A DNA stretch of 64,000 nucleotides. Source: the human T2T-CHM13v2.0 reference genome, Homo sapiens. Below the pieces are notes generated by a model, which saw nothing but the letters and a program-made list of their open reading frames with translations, had not been told where the DNA came from and ran no database searches. Location of the stretch: assembly GCF_009914755.1 (NCBI RefSeq), contig NC_060933.1; one strand, given 5' to 3'. The position numbers and the translations under genes are program-made. Shown here one piece after another: positions 15,622-31,103 of this stretch (positions are counted from its first letter, which is position 1; each line of letters opens with the position of its first letter).

Positions 15622-16594
15622 GTGAGCTGTCTGTTGAGGTCTCGATTATGCCCTGCAGCCACATTGGCAGAAATGCCATTCATGTGTGCTACAGAGAATC
15701 AAACTGCAAAATGCTGGAGTGACAGAACTAGGCCATCTTTTGCTTATCAAAGAAATACAAGGAGGGGAGGAGTTAGTTGTGACTGGAATGTCACTTTGCA
15801 CCCCGTCCTTTGTCCTGCTGTGTCAGCCTTGTGTTTGCTTTTCCCATGGCCAGCACTGCTGATTCGCCAGGTGTTTCCTCTTTTATGCTCTCTTAACTTT
15901 AGCTTTAAAAGTGGAGACATAGACTCAACTGCCCTTCATCCATAGGGAACAATAATTTAGTAAACAAACTTAGATACCTTTTCTGGCAGAAAGATGGTTC
16001 AGAAAGATAGCATGGAGACCTGTGTTTGCCAAAGTTATGACCCTGATGAATCTTCAGACTTGTAATTGACTCACCCACCCCACCGTGGTTCATTTTAAAC
16101 CCACTCCTGCATGGGGGAGTTGCCAGGGCCTGTATTGATCCTTCCTCGTTTTTGCCTCCACTTCCTTCCCACCCCTCTCGGGGCCACCTGCTTTGCCACA
16201 TCCCATAATGTTGGGATCTTTTATCTCCTTACATATGCATGGGGCGGACAGACGTGAGCAGTGTAAATGATCGCACTGGCATGGGAAGCACGTTGAGGAT
16301 TCCCCAGCAGTTGCCATTCATCGGTCACTAAGCCATGATGACTGTGTTCTGTTGCAACAATGGCAAGACTCTTGGTGACAAATGATGGGCCAGATTTTCT
16401 TTACGGGGGAAAAAAATCAACATTTTTTTTTTCTCATTTCTTGTACTTGTTCCCTCTACTTGACCCACTGATGATACCATGTGGGGCCCATAGGTTTTGG
16501 AGATAGCTGTGGATACCATCCACACCTAAGGATCTTGCAGAGTAAATTCTGATGGGATCCAAGGGGCTGAGGTGACCACCGAGTGATAGAGTGA

Positions 16595-16987
<393 letters not shown>

Positions 16988-17083
16988 CTGATTTTATTTT
17001 TTAACCTTTAAAAACATCTCCCTAAACCTATATGAAACTCTGCCTCCATTGCCTGTTAAAATACTGCTTCACACTATGGGTAG

Positions 17084-17399
<316 letters not shown>

Positions 17400-17708
17400 G
17401 CGAGTGGTTATTTTCGAAGATGTTTGGTGGATGTGGCTGCTACTGCTTTTCCCCATAAGGCCCATTATCCAGAGGGATGGCATTCCCATCACGGGATGGA
17501 ATGGATTGATGTAACATGAGCTGTCAGAGTTTTTTAAGCAGTTGTGCTAGAAACAGTGTTGTGTTTAAAGAAGAGTGGGATCAGGTGAGTGAATGGCCAA
17601 AGAAACACATGTTCATGTAGAGAGCTCTTGGCTGTGGTGATTACTGAGTCAGTAATAGCAGCAACTGCTACCCAGCCAGATTTTAATTAGTTTCTGTTCC
17701 CTGTTCAG

Positions 17709-17908
17709 AGTACCTTGTGGAGCTGAGAGAATACGGGCCTGTGTACTCCACATGGAGTGCCTTGGAGGGTGAGCTGGCCGAACCCCTGGAGGGTGTGTCA
17801 GCTTGCATTGGGAACTGCTCTACAGCCTTAGAAGAGCTGACAGATGACATGACAGAAGACTTCCTACCTGTGCTCAGGGAATATATTTTATACTCTGACT
17901 CCATGAAG
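17709..17908 (+). CDS. SNX30: SNX30 coding exon (probably exon 6), BAR domain: (E)[66 protein letters not shown]
   Basis: TTTCTGTTCCCTGTTCAG acceptor; donor AAG|GTAAGC at 17909; 200 nt, phase 1-0 (196+200 nt = 132 codons). Confidence 0.97.
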
Positions 17909-18059
17909 GTAAGCTGGCTTGCTTCTTGTGTATTTGCATACTTTCTTTGTAATAGCAGTTATCAGAAAGTAATGGATTATTGCCTGTTTGCATGTGATAT
18001 AAGTTTCCTTCTTCCTGGGTGGGCAGGATCAGACACGTGGACTGACATCATGGACATAT

Positions 18060-18720
18060 AAATGGAACACATGGTGAACGAAGTACGTGAATTAAACAAA
18101 AAAAAAAGTTTGGGAAGAAATTCTTACTGGTTTCTCTGAGAGTTCAAGAAGATATAATGCCTATGAAATAAGAACAAAGATGTCATGGAAAAGTAATAAT
18201 TAGAGCTCTTGGAAGTTAAAACATGATTGCTGAAATAAAACTGAATAATCAAGTTGGAAGGTGAAATTGAAGAAATCTTAAAGTAAGACAAAACAAAAGT
18301 TGCTGGAAAATAGAACAAAAATGCAAAAGTACTGAAAATATGAAAGAAAAGAGACATAGGGGATTAATCCCAAAGGTTCAGCATCTGACTGATAAGAGTT
18401 CCTGAGAGAACAGGGAAGACTGAGGGAAGGAAATTGTAAAAGAAATAATACAAGAAAGTCCCCCAAAGCTGAAGACATAAATCGTCTGATTAAAAGGACA
18501 TGATAATTGCCCAGCAAAAGGATTGAAAAGATCACCAGCCCAAAGCATATTATTGTGGAATTTTAGAACAAAAGTGATACGAATTTGAAAGCTTTTTAAA
18601 GCAGAGGGAGGGGCAGATGATGTATAAAAGGAACAAGAGTGAGAATGGCTTTGGTCTAGCAGCGGTGAATGAGAAGAGGAACTATGAGGACAAAAAAAAT
18701 CTTTGGCCTCAAATTCTGTA
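18060..18720 (+). mobile_element. Ancient L1/HAL1 ORF1-region fragment
   Basis: A-rich decayed ORF1-like sequence, similar to the fragment at ~25090-25470 (gagctcttggaa.ttaaaac). Confidence 0.55.
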
Positions 18721-19679
18721 TGCAGAATCGGAGTAGAGTGCAGGAGGAAATGCGCCAGTGCCCACACTGGAAACTTCCCCGGCCTGCACATAGACTGGTT
18801 GGAGAACATCTCTTCAGGAGACTCAGACGATGGGGGCACTGATTAGTAGAAAGGCCCAGTCTTTATGACCAATAGAAAAAGATACGTGGTTCAGTGTTGA
18901 ACATTCCCACCTCTAAATAGCACCCTCCTGCTTCTCAAAGGAGACCTCTGAATGATTAATCTGTCTTTGGGACAGGTCTAGGGCATCCCATGAGGAAAGA
19001 CCTGAATAGGGACTGACCTGAATTCCAGAGAGAAACCTGTCAGTCAACATTGGGTTGTAAAAATGTTAAACCAGAAAGATCGTAGATCCAGGAAAACATT
19101 GTACAGCTTGAGAACAGGAATTAAAAAATAATGAATCAACTAGTTATAAAAACAAATTATGATGGAAAACTTTAAGCACATGCCAAAGCAGAGAGAATAG
19201 TGACAAACTGCCACATACCCATTCTCCTTGTTCCGTCTTGTCCCATCAGGTGTGAAGGGTTGATACGTACTAAACTGTGGACGGTGGAAAATGGAGCCTC
19301 TGGTGAATCCCCTTTTCATGTGTGCGTTATAAAGTTGCTAATAAAACACTTTCCAAGCCAGGATTGAATTTGGATCTCTCAGTGACCAGGGAAATGGTTT
19401 GAATTTCCTTATCTATAAGTTGGAAATGATGGTGGTGATAGGATAAAGTCAGATTTGAGATCATTAGCCTGAGACCACTAGTTGGAAATTATTGGAACTG
19501 AGGCTGTAAGCCAAAACTTCTGGCTGTGAATTTGCAGCTCATTCTCCTGTATCACATTGACTTTTATTAAAAAAAATTGGGATATACACATTGAATTTTT
19601 GATCCTATGGCCAAAACAAGTATAGAAAGACATCCTGACTTTCTTAAAATGAACTAGAATATTTCACTTATCAAACTAA

Positions 19680-20273
<594 letters not shown>

Positions 20274-21086
20274 TGGTATCTGTTCTTAAAAATAAGTTTT
20301 TACAATTCCTGGAGTGTCCGTGGATTTGTCTCTTATGTATACACACCCTTCATCAAATATTCTCTTAACCTTGCCAGATGAAAAATCCAATGCATACACA
20401 GCACTGGGATACTATAGTACAAATTACTCTGTTTTTTTTCCTGTGGCAAGTATGTTAGTACTTAGTATATATTTGTATTTGAAGCACGATTTAAAAATGT
20501 CATATAGCAAGGATTTATCTGGCATCTATAAAACATTACACTGGGAGACATAGCTTGTGTAATTTAAGTTAGACATCAAAGAAACATTTGTTTGCTCTTT
20601 CTTTACCCCCCATGTGTGGGGCATATGTATGGAGTTTCTTGTTTACTGAGCCTGAAAAATCAGGTCAATCAGGCTGAGTGAATGGGATTGATTGTACACA
20701 GTCTTGTCTGGGGAAGGGCATGGAAAAGAGGAAGTGTGGACTGGCAGTCTCTGAAACCCAAGCTCTATCCCCGATAGTAGCTGAGCTGAGTCCAATTAAT
20801 AAGAAACAGGGCCACTGCTCCTCCACTTTTCACCAGGAAAATGTCTCTGCAGAGTGCCCTGGGCACGATAGGAGTGATTGGATGGCAAAGCAAAGACTAT
20901 GTCTGGGATTATCAGGGTCTGTGTGGCTGGGACTAAAGACACCAGGAGAATGATAGATGTCTTAAGTGGCTTGCCCACCTTTTCACATTGCTGCTCTGTA
21001 AGAATTTTTAAGTATATTTTCTTCCTCCGAGAGAGTCATATAGTTCCATTTCCAAAATGGCTTTCTGATTTTTGAAACTTAAGTAG

Positions 21087-21453
<367 letters not shown>

Positions 21454-22579
21454 TGTGGCCCGTTCTTCATCAGCTGCTGAATGGTCCTCAGAGCTGAGAA
21501 AGTCCTGGGTTGGTTTTGGTGAGGAGTTACTGGTGTGGTGAGGTTCTGTCAGTCTATCTTCATCATGGCCTTGAGGGAACCTAATGGTGAGTGTTTGTCC
21601 TCATCATTTGGAAGTAGTGGCCTGTGCCTTAGGAATTTGAAATGGTGGAGGGCTGGTCCCTCCCTGGATGGGAAAATGCCAGGGAAAAGTCCTGTCCTGA
21701 TGGAGCTGTGGTGGGGGTTCCTCTCTGAGTTCGAAAGGGCCTTTAGGATCATCTTTCTCATTTGCTCATTGTTGACACGAAGAAACAGACCCTTGTGGGT
21801 AAATCTTTTCTCTGTTGCATGGCCACAGGACTATACTCCTTAGTGACCAATCAGCTTGTAGCTGTGTGTTTACTACTTGCCAAGAGGCAAACTAGGTGAC
21901 TTTAGGCTTTTCAAGCCTGGCCTCCAGCTGTATCTCTTTCAGGACAATTGTGGCTAGTTATGTTCTGTTCCCTTTGGAGGTAGAGAGCATAGAAAAATAG
22001 GGTCATTATCAAGGCACTCGGAACAAATGGAACAATGTGAGTTTAAGCAGTGAACAATGAGAACAGCTTGTACTAGAAAGACGGTTGAAGGCATGTGTCA
22101 CAAGGATATGTGTGTGGGGACAGGAAGGTACAAAAGGTTAGTTACCCTTAAGCCCAGACTCAAATACCTCGCAGACATCCACAGGTGAGCCCTTACATAG
22201 GATTTCACATCCTATAAACTGTGTGTGTATAATGAAATTAGGGTAGTGATGGGTTGAAAGAGGCCCTCTTGAAGTCCTCACCACTTTTCTGGCAGTGCCT
22301 TTTGAGTATTAGCATTGTCATGACTAGGCCAAATGTTGGAGAAGCTTTATTCCTGAAGGTTTGGGCAGGACTGTCTTATTTCCCACACTGCCTTATCCAT
22401 AGAAGGTGGTCAGCAAGCATGTAATTGAATCGGACAATTTGGTAAATTTGCGACACTTACAAATATACAATGATTGCACATTGTACATCTTATTTTTAAG
22501 AGGTTTATCTATGTCAATACGCATGCTTATCTCAGGGGTCTTGGTGAATGACTGGGGTGGGGTGAGGGTCTGAAGTAAG

Positions 22580-23900
22580 AGTAGGTTGTAAGGGAAAGCC
22601 ACATGGAAAAGGCTGTGGCTGGAGACTTGGAAGACATATGGGAGTGAGCTGCGCAAGGGTCGGAGGATGGAGCATTTTAGGCAGAGGGGAGCAGCCAGTG
22701 CAAAGTCCGAAAGCTGAAATGAGCTCAGAGTCTTTGCAGATCAGAAAGGCTGGGGAGTGGAACCTGGTGAGCAAAGGAGTAAGTGGTAAGCGGTGAGGTC
22801 AAAGAGAGGTAGGAGCCTGGTCCTGCAGTAGCTTTTTTTTTTTTTTTTTTTTAGACAGAGTCTCACTCTGTTGCCCAGGCTGCGTGATCTCAGCTCACTG
22901 CAACCTCCACTTCCCGCTTCAAGCGATTCTCCTGCCTTAGCCTCCTGAGTAGCTGGGATTACAGGTGCGCACCACCACGCCCGGCTAATTTTTGTATTTT
23001 TAGTAAAGACGGGGTTTCACCATGTTGGTGAGGCTGGTCTCGAACTCCTGACCTCATGATCCACCCACGTTGGCCTCCCAAATGCAGTAGCGTCTTAAAG
23101 ACCATCTTAAAGGCTGGTAAGAGTCTGGACTTTATTCTAAGGACTAGAAGAGAAGCCATTTGGTTTTATGCAGGGGGATGACAGGATGTGATTTTCACTT
23201 TAAGAAGACAACTAGTGCTACAGTATGGAGACTAGATTGTAGAGGATGAGAGTGGTGATTGGGAAGGCCGTTCAGAAGGCTGTCACAGGGAGCCAAGGGC
23301 AGAAAACTAGGTGGTGGAGCCTGGACTGCAGTGGTAGAGACGTGGGTGGATTTGGGGTATATTTTGGATGATGGGCCAATGGCACTTGCTGCTGTAGTGA
23401 TGCAAAATAAGAAAGGAATTGGGGTTTTTGGCTTTAGCAGCTGGGTGGATCGCAGTACTGTTTATTGGGACGGGGAGGGTCCAGGGAGGAACAGGTGGAG
23501 CAGTTGGGAGTCCACTATTTTGGGCATGTGGAATTCAGAATGCCTCCTAATCATTAAAGTGGAGATGTCATGGCAGTTGGTTTTGAGTTAGTCTAGAGTG
23601 GGAATAGAAATTTGGGAGTCATTAGTGTATGAATGGTGTTTAAATCTCTGAGACCGATGGAGATTGTATGAGGAGATGTGATTGAGGTGCGTAGAGTGTG
23701 AAGGCCTGCGCCTGTGGCATGGTAATATTTATTGATCTATCACCTTAAGACGAAAGAACAAGTAGCAAAGGAGCCCACAAAGGAAGGGTTGGTGTGGCAG
23801 GAGGGAAGAAGAGGATTGCCTCCACGAAGCCAAGATAAATGTTTTAAGAAGGGGGCAAAATATATCTGTTGGATTTAATAATATAGACATCGTTGGTGAT
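22580..23900 (-). mobile_element. L2 fragments interrupted by a 5'-truncated Alu (22833-23082; TSD tgcagtagc)
   Basis: Purine-rich antisense L2 motifs (tggactttattctaagg, gggtatattttgga, atttgggagtcattag). Confidence 0.7.
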
Positions 23901-24043
23901 CGAGATTACAAGTGTGAAATGTGGATGCATAAGTTTTGGCTTAAAGACAAAGTTTTTCTTCCAGTTGGAGATAACTTCTACAACATTCCGGGTTAGTCCT
24001 TTTCAAAAGCTAATTTAAATTGTCAGGCGGTTTCTTCAGCCTG

Positions 24044-24134
24044 CCCGCCCCTTCCCCACAGGGCCACAAGGTGGCGCCAATGAGTCAAACTCCGGGAACG
24101 CGAACAGTTGGTGCTTTAGGTTGGCCATTTCCGG
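24044..24134 (+). promoter_or_regulatory. Candidate intronic CTCF site / enhancer
   Basis: GGGCCACAAGGTGGCGCCA (24061-24079, CTCF-like), TGAGTCA (24081-24087, AP-1), CCCGCCCC (24044-24051, Sp/KLF) and ATTTCCGG (24127-24134, ETS), with local CpG retention. Confidence 0.6.
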
Positions 24135-26448
24135 TGCCTTTCCAAAACTGAAATGAAGAGTTTTCTGGAAGATTGATTTGTCAGGGAAAAAATGTCCCCT
24201 TTCCTGAACAAAAGAGATTATACAGAGTGGCTAATTTCTTGCAGCTAAAATAATGTGAAGAAGCAGGATGTGAAATATGCCTGATTTCAAAGGCTTTAAA
24301 AAAATAAGAAAAATATTAAAATGAGAACTCTGAGATTCCCAGTAATGGCAGACTGAATACACATTTAAACTTCACCAAAATGACACTAAAACGATTTTGA
24401 AAAAAGTCACAAGCCCACAGACAAGAGCAACAGGCAAGGAGGCAATAGCAGTACAATTTTGGGAACGGATTGAGAGTTAATAAGTACTTTAAATGACTCA
24501 AGCTGATTTTGAAACCGACTGTGGGGGAAAAAACTGAGAAGCCACCTGGTTTACACCGCGGAACCCTCCAAAAAGGTCAAGAGTTGGCAGCACCACGCCC
24601 CTCTGGGACTGAGGTAGAGCTGAAGAGAAGAATAAATCTAGAGTCTGTTTAAGAATTCTAGCTTCTGATCCTCTCCTCCCTGCTCACACAGGGGCCACTT
24701 CCTTCTCCACTTTGGCAGAACTGGGGGTCGATTCTCTGGAGGGGGCCTCTGTGGAGCAAGAGACTCTAGGCACACTTGAGGGTGTTCAGTGAAAGATTAG
24801 TGATGTTGAGACTCTTCTCCTGCTTGACTCTCAGCCTTAGATCTTCCATGCAAGGAGGAAAAGAGCCTTTTCTAGAAAATCTGGACGGGCCAAGAGAAGT
24901 GACCCACAGATACTGATATTGGCTGGCGATGGAGAACCAGGGTGGTCCCTCAATGAAAGGACCCAGCCGAGTCTCCTATGGAGAATGTCAACAAGCCCTC
25001 TGTGCAGAGAGCTTTCAATCCATTTCCATGGAGTTTCCCTCTTGGATGAGTGGACAGACAAGGGTCACCAGATATGTAAGGGAAGATTTGAATATGAATA
25101 TCAGAAGTAAAACAAAGAAGAAAAACCTATTGAATGAAACACTGATGGGGAAGAAAATTTCCAGAAAAAAATGTTAATATTTTCCAAAAGAGAAGATATC
25201 ACAGCCATAAAACAGTAATTTTTAAAAATTCAGAGAACAAAGAGCTCTTGGAAATTAAAACCATAATAGGAATAAAAAAATTAATAGAAGAGTTAGAAGA
25301 AAAAGTTAAGCAAGTCACATATGAAAAGAAACCAAAAGAGAATTGGAGAAAAAAATATGAAAATTAGAGGATTAGACCATCTGAATAACAGGTGTGCAGG
25401 CAGAGAAACAGAGAAATGGGAAGCATCAAAGAAGCCATTCAAGGAAAAAGACCAGAAGGGAAGAAATAATGTATCACTGATTGTGTCTGTGTGATGAGAT
25501 TATGTATGACTTCTCCCCCTCCTTTAAATTTTCCAAATTTTGTGTAAAAATATATTTTAAAATGAGGGGATAATGTGTGGTTTCAGTGTTACCAACATTG
25601 CCCCAGGACATCTAACTCGCAGGTGGTCCTGGTTTCCATAGAATGAATATGTAAAAGGAGCATGTTGAAAGGGGTAACCTGAACTCAGTCATTTAACCAG
25701 AGCTAGTGATATCACCAGTACCAGATCAGACTCATTTTCCTGCCTGCAGGAAAGTGCCCTTCTAGAGGGCTACCCTAAGCCACAGGGCTACGTGCGTATT
25801 TTATTTTTATTCTCATTTGTTCTTTATTACTGAACACCCATTACTCTACATGAATTCCACTTGGGTCTTGGGTCGTCAGCCCTGGCCTACAGGAATATGA
25901 ACCATCCCATCCTGCAGTTCTCTGTGGGGGGTGAGCTGCTCCTGCTGCTTTGGTATCCTCTTCCAGCCCTGCATCCTAGCTCCCCTCTTCCACAAAGCTT
26001 TGAAGCTGAAAAACTTGGTGGGCTTGAAGAGGCTTTTTGGTAGCTGCTGACCTTTGGCGCTGGGGCTCCTTTTCTGCCTTTTCCCCTCCCATAGTTTGTG
26101 AGCCCACAGCCTTGCCAGGGTCAGACATGTGCATGAGTCTGAGGGTGGGGAAGGGATGCTGTGCTTTCCCGTAGATGCCACTGTGGTCTTTTTTGGGACA
26201 AATCCAGTGCAGATGTTGAAAGCCAAACCACAGGATGCATCTGTCATCCAACTCTTCCAAACATTTTGTCATTGTAGATAAAGGCTGTTTGATTAGTATT
26301 TCATGGATGACATAACTATAGACCTCTTAATGACTGTTATTAATTTGTTATATTTGGATGACAGATATTGTGTTTCTATTGTTTAGCCTTTTTATTATAG
26401 AAAAATTCAAACATATCACAAAATAGAATGATAACAATAAACCCACAT

Positions 26449-26499
26449 GTATCCCAGCCGTCCCGCGCGTATCCCAGCCGTCCCGCGCATATCCCAGCC
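26449..26499. repeat. 20-bp tandem repeat, 2.5 copies (gtatcccagccgtcccgcgc)
   Basis: Seen directly. Confidence 0.9.
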
Positions 26500-28494
26500 A
26501 GCATCAGCAGTTGCCCACTCATGACTCATCTGGTTCTGTCTCTCTGTCACGCTGCTCCCAACTCCCACCCTGTGGTTTAATTTTACACAAATCCTGGAAT
26601 CATATTATTTCATACAGAAACGTTTAGTACATATCTCTAAAATACAAGCATTCTTTTTTTTTTTTTTTTTAAAAAGGACTACCTAATTATGTTTAAATAT
26701 CCAGTTAGTGTTCAAATTTCCCCAGTTTGTCTCAGACACAGTTTCTGTTTCTTTTTCCAAATTGAGATCCAAACAGGATCTGTACATTGATTGGTATGTT
26801 TCTTAAATATTAAAAAATCCTTCTTTGTCCATTTATTTTTCCTTGTAATTTATTTGTTAAAGAATCATCTGTCTTCTCTTCATTGGAAAAGAGAGATAGT
26901 AAAGTTCCAGGTTATTAGGACCACTTGAAATCACAACAAAATGTTCTAATGTTTTAAAAAATAAGTGTCCGAGAGGAATTTATTCCATGTCTGTAATTAA
27001 AAGTCATCTTGTGAGTGTGAGGCCCTCCTTGGGCACCCTATGTATGATTTTGCCTTCCCCAAACCCTTGGTACTTCCCTTCCATTCCTGTTTTATTTTTC
27101 CTCCTAATGCCTAGAGTTACCTACTATATATTTTACTTGCTTCTTGTCTGCCTCTCCTCTAGAATGTAAGCTCCACATGGTTTTGTGATTTGTTCTCTGC
27201 TGTATCCCCGTCCCTGGCTAGATGAATGAAGATGTATGAAGGCAGGGCAGAAGCAGGGTGGGGAATGGGTGTGTAGAGGAGGGCAGGTGGCGCGAGGCAT
27301 GAGGAGAAAAGTCTCACTGTGCCCTTCGCCTTTTTGATGTGTCATATCAATGGGATGCAGATCCCTATAAAGTTCTGTGAGAAGTTCAGATGATGACTCT
27401 CTTCTGCTTGTCACTCAATGATGGAGGGGCCTCTCTGCAGACGCCGGCTTGGTCTCTTGGCCTCTTTACCCCACTGCCGGCTCGGGCCTCATCTCACAGC
27501 CATAGGCTGGTTTGACCAATTTTATCAATAGAGACTGGGCTGGGGGCCCATCCTCTCAGAACATCACCAACAGCATGCAAAGGTGTCCCAATGAGGGTGG
27601 TGGTAGTCAGCAGTTTGTCTTGATTCAGAACACGTTGCCCAACCTTCAGCGTGGTTGGATTTTGGGCCAGCTGCAAAGCCACATGCTGGAAGGCAGCAGG
27701 AACAGCCTGAATGAGCCACTGCTGTGCCATGAGCCAGGTGTGGCCTTGAACAGGGCCCGCCACCGTCCCTTAGTCTCCTCATCTGTAGAATAGGGAAGAT
27801 GCGCGTTCACTCTGCAGGGTTGCTGGGAGCCTTTTGTGCTGTCCAGTGATGCAGGGCTGTTAGGGCGGATCCTCCAGTCAGCCTGCGCCAGAGGGCAGCA
27901 TTCTGGCCACGCTGGATAACACTGAGAGACAGAGACCCTGCCTCTCCTGTGGGCCAGGGCAGGCCCAGGCCAACTGGAGAGAGGGATATGGCTGGATCTG
28001 CAGGCCCCCTCGTCTGTTTTGGGCATGGGGAGAGGAGATGCTTTTGCACTGTTGTAGCTGAGTGGGGTTGATGCATCTCCTCCCCACCCCTCGTAGTCCC
28101 AGGGGTCTTGCAACCCCAGCAGTGCCCCCAGGAGCCCCCACGCTGTGCTGGCATTGTTCCAGGGCATTGTCTTAACAGCTTTAGTTAGGAGGCTCTTGCC
28201 ACACTGACAGAGTGTGTGTCACTGGGTCAACTCAGACTCCTTCCTAGAAGCGCTAGTCTGGATATGTGGTTTTTTTTTCCAGTAAGATGCTAGGCATCCT
28301 GTGAAGGGAAGTGCACACCAGTGATAAGCATCCCACATGGCCCCTGCCCTGCTGTTCCATTGCACCTTGGGGAACCACATTTGCACGTCCATGGAGAAGA
28401 GGATTTTTACTACTGCTGTATCAGACCAATAGATTTAGATTATTTTCTGGGCTGTATGAAGTCCACAAAGGACTCTTTTTTACTTTATAGATTT

Positions 28495-28704
28495 ATGTCA
28501 TCCAGTATGGTAGCCACTAGCCATATGTGGCTATTTAAGTTTAAATTCAAATGAGTAACATTGAATAAAAATGTAAATCCAGTTCCCCAGTCCTGCTAGC
28601 TTTGTTTCATGTGCTCAGTAGGCACGTGGAGGCAGTGGCTCCTGGGTTAGTGTAGATTATAAAACGTTTCCATTATAGCAGAAAGTTCCATTGAACAGCA
28701 CTGT
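28495..28704. mobile_element. MER3-like hAT-Charlie element
   Basis: tatggtagccactagccatatgtggctattt...gaaagttccattgaacagcactg. Confidence 0.75.
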
Positions 28705-30066
28705 AAATATTCCTACTCAAAGATGAATGAGTGTGGGGAGGGAATGTCAGGGCACTTAGGAGACAGCTGAGTGGCAATTGACGAAAAATTATTGCAATTT
28801 TAACCTCATTTTCATTTCATGATAAAACACTTCCTAAAGCAAACTTTTCAGAGGAAGACTTGAGGTTTCCGGTATTGACACATTCCATTAGAAGGTTGAA
28901 CCCACAACACTCTCAACTCTTCAGTTGCCTGTCACCTTTAGCACAGGCAGGGATATGGGGTGCCCGTGCTTAGCCAAGGAGTGACTCCTTCCTGCCTTGA
29001 CTCCTCACGCTGCTGGAAGGTCCCCTGTGGGGAAAGTGCATGATTAGAAACTTTCATAGCAATTTATTTCTTTTGAGTTAGTGGAAAAGAAAGGTCTCAT
29101 CACTCTTGGTTTGCCACTTGTGATTCTATTAAAGGAAGAAGAAAGAAACTCGTTGATGAAACAGACACCTTTCTAGAAGGTCTACTGCAAGCTTTTCTGT
29201 TTTGCTTGGTGGGTTCATAGCAGCAGAGCTTGGACTAAGTGAGGGGAGCCCCAGGCACAGATTTACAGGGCATTCACTGTCAGGTGCCAACCTTGTACTC
29301 ACATGGGCCAAAGAGGGAGTGTCTCCTTACATTTTGCACCCCGGGTGCCTAGCTTGCCTCACTCCTGTCCCATCCAGGGCTGGCTCTCTTGGGGCCCATT
29401 GAGCCTTCACTCTGGTGGGCTGGCTGCATGGTTCTAGGAATTCTGGACTTGCACAGGTATAGCCCCTTTAGCACATACAGGCGCATACTGTGTCTGAGCC
29501 TCTGTCACACTGAACCTCTCAGGTAGGGAGTGCATCTCTCTGCTCTTTCTATACCTGGACCAGAGTAGAGGACTAGTAAGTGGCTAATGAATGAATCATT
29601 GAACAGATCAGTCCACTAGGGGTCCAGTCAGTGAATTAAAGAGTGAAGAGTTCTCTTAGACTTTAAGATTTCAGAGAACATCCAGTGTTGTAGCCTGCAA
29701 AGCTCCGCATTTCTGCACAGCCGGGCTCTGGCTGCACACAGTGACGCGGAGAGTCCTCCCAGCAGCGTGACAATGGATGGGTGCTGTTTCCTCCACTTGC
29801 CTTTCCCTAGAATTTCTTTCCTTTCAGCGTCAGGTTTTAGTTACTTTACTAGAAACTCCAGCATCAGGAGTGGTTCTCCTCTCTTCCCTCCTTTCTCCTG
29901 CTTCCTCCAGAGTTTCTGCCATGGCCAGACTGTCCTAGGAGCACATGGCTGGGCCTGGGGTAGGCCTTGATTTGGGGAGGCGTGGGGGAAAAGAAGCAAT
30001 TGCCTGGGGGTGGGAGGCCCCTTTGTGGACTCAGTGTTACATGCTTCTCTCCTCTGCCTCCCACAG

Positions 30067-30153
30067 AGTGTATTGAAGAAGAGGGACCAAGTTCAAGCAG
30101 AGTATGAAGCCAAACTGGAAGCTGTGGCTCTGCGGAAGGAAGACCGCCCCAAG
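30067..30153 (+). CDS. SNX30: SNX30 coding exon (probably exon 7): SVLKKRDQVQAEYEAKLEAVALRKEDRPK
   Basis: Pyrimidine tract plus CCACAG acceptor; donor AAG|GTCAGG at 30154; 87 nt, phase 0-0; helical BAR-like sequence. Confidence 0.95.
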
Positions 30154-30781
30154 GTCAGGGAAGCCACCTGGGAAGGGCTGCAAAGCTGTAGTCTCCCTGC
30201 TGGTGCTAAGTAAATTCTCATCTCTAGATCTGTATGACTAAGAGTGGTCAGTGCCGGCTGGGCTACGTTGATGATGTTGTCCTTTTTCACTCCCTTTTCT
30301 GTCCTATTTCTGCGAGTTCCTAGTGTTCACTTGGGATTGAGTTTTCCACTGTTTCCTGGGCCTAATTTTTGGTTTTTTAAAGACTTAACAGCTCTGCCAT
30401 TCATCGGCAGTTCCTTGCTCCATAAAATGGCATTGCAGAGAGAAGGAAAGAATAGCCTAAATCAGTGCTTTCAAAGTGTGGTTCATAGGCCCACAAACTA
30501 TACAATCCATGATGAGGAAAGTATAGAAGCACTTGGAAACTTCTATAGGAATTTGATGTTGCTGCAGAACCAGTTGAACACATTGTGTTGAACACTCAAG
30601 GCGAGCGTGTTAAACTCGCGTGAGGAGTTGCATGTGGAGCAAGCTGCGTGCTGGTTCTGCACGGCAGGACTACAGCTTGGTCGAATTGGGGGAAAAAAGC
30701 CAACAAAAAGTGGCCCTTTACTCCACAGAGTTCGAGCAGCACTAATCTTGCTTGTCTAGGATGCCTTCTGGCTCCAGTGTT

Positions 30782-31100
30782 TGTAACTGCTCGGTAGGTT
30801 CACCTCACCTGCTGCCTAGACAGAGCTGATTTATCAGGACAAAGGAATTGTAATGGAGAAAGAGTAATTCGTGCAGAACTAGCTTACTGGACACTGGAGT
30901 TTTACTGTTATTCAAATCATTCTCCCTGAGCATTTGGGGATCAGAGTTTTTAAAGATAATTTGGTGGGTAGGGGCTTAGGAAGTGAGGAGTGCTGATTGG
31001 TCAGGTAGGAGATGGAATCATAGCGGGTGGAAGTGAGGTTTTCTTGCTGTGTCTTCTGCTCCTGGGTGGGATTGCAGAACTGGTTGAGCCAGATTACCAC
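30782..31100 (-). mobile_element. LTR8-like ERV1 LTR fragment, truncated at the inverted-repeat arm
   Basis: tgtaactgc...ggttcacc...gctgcctagacagagctgatttatc is the reverse complement of an LTR 3' end; the match stops abruptly at ~31100. Confidence 0.75.
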
Positions 31101-31103
31101 CTT

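Noticed and set aside
15622-15722. ORF-track extensions of SNX30 exons past their donors (also 10102-10161, 17909-18061, 30154-30213, 43612-43644)
   Set aside because: Intronic read-through beyond consensus GT donors; SNX similarity stops at the donors.
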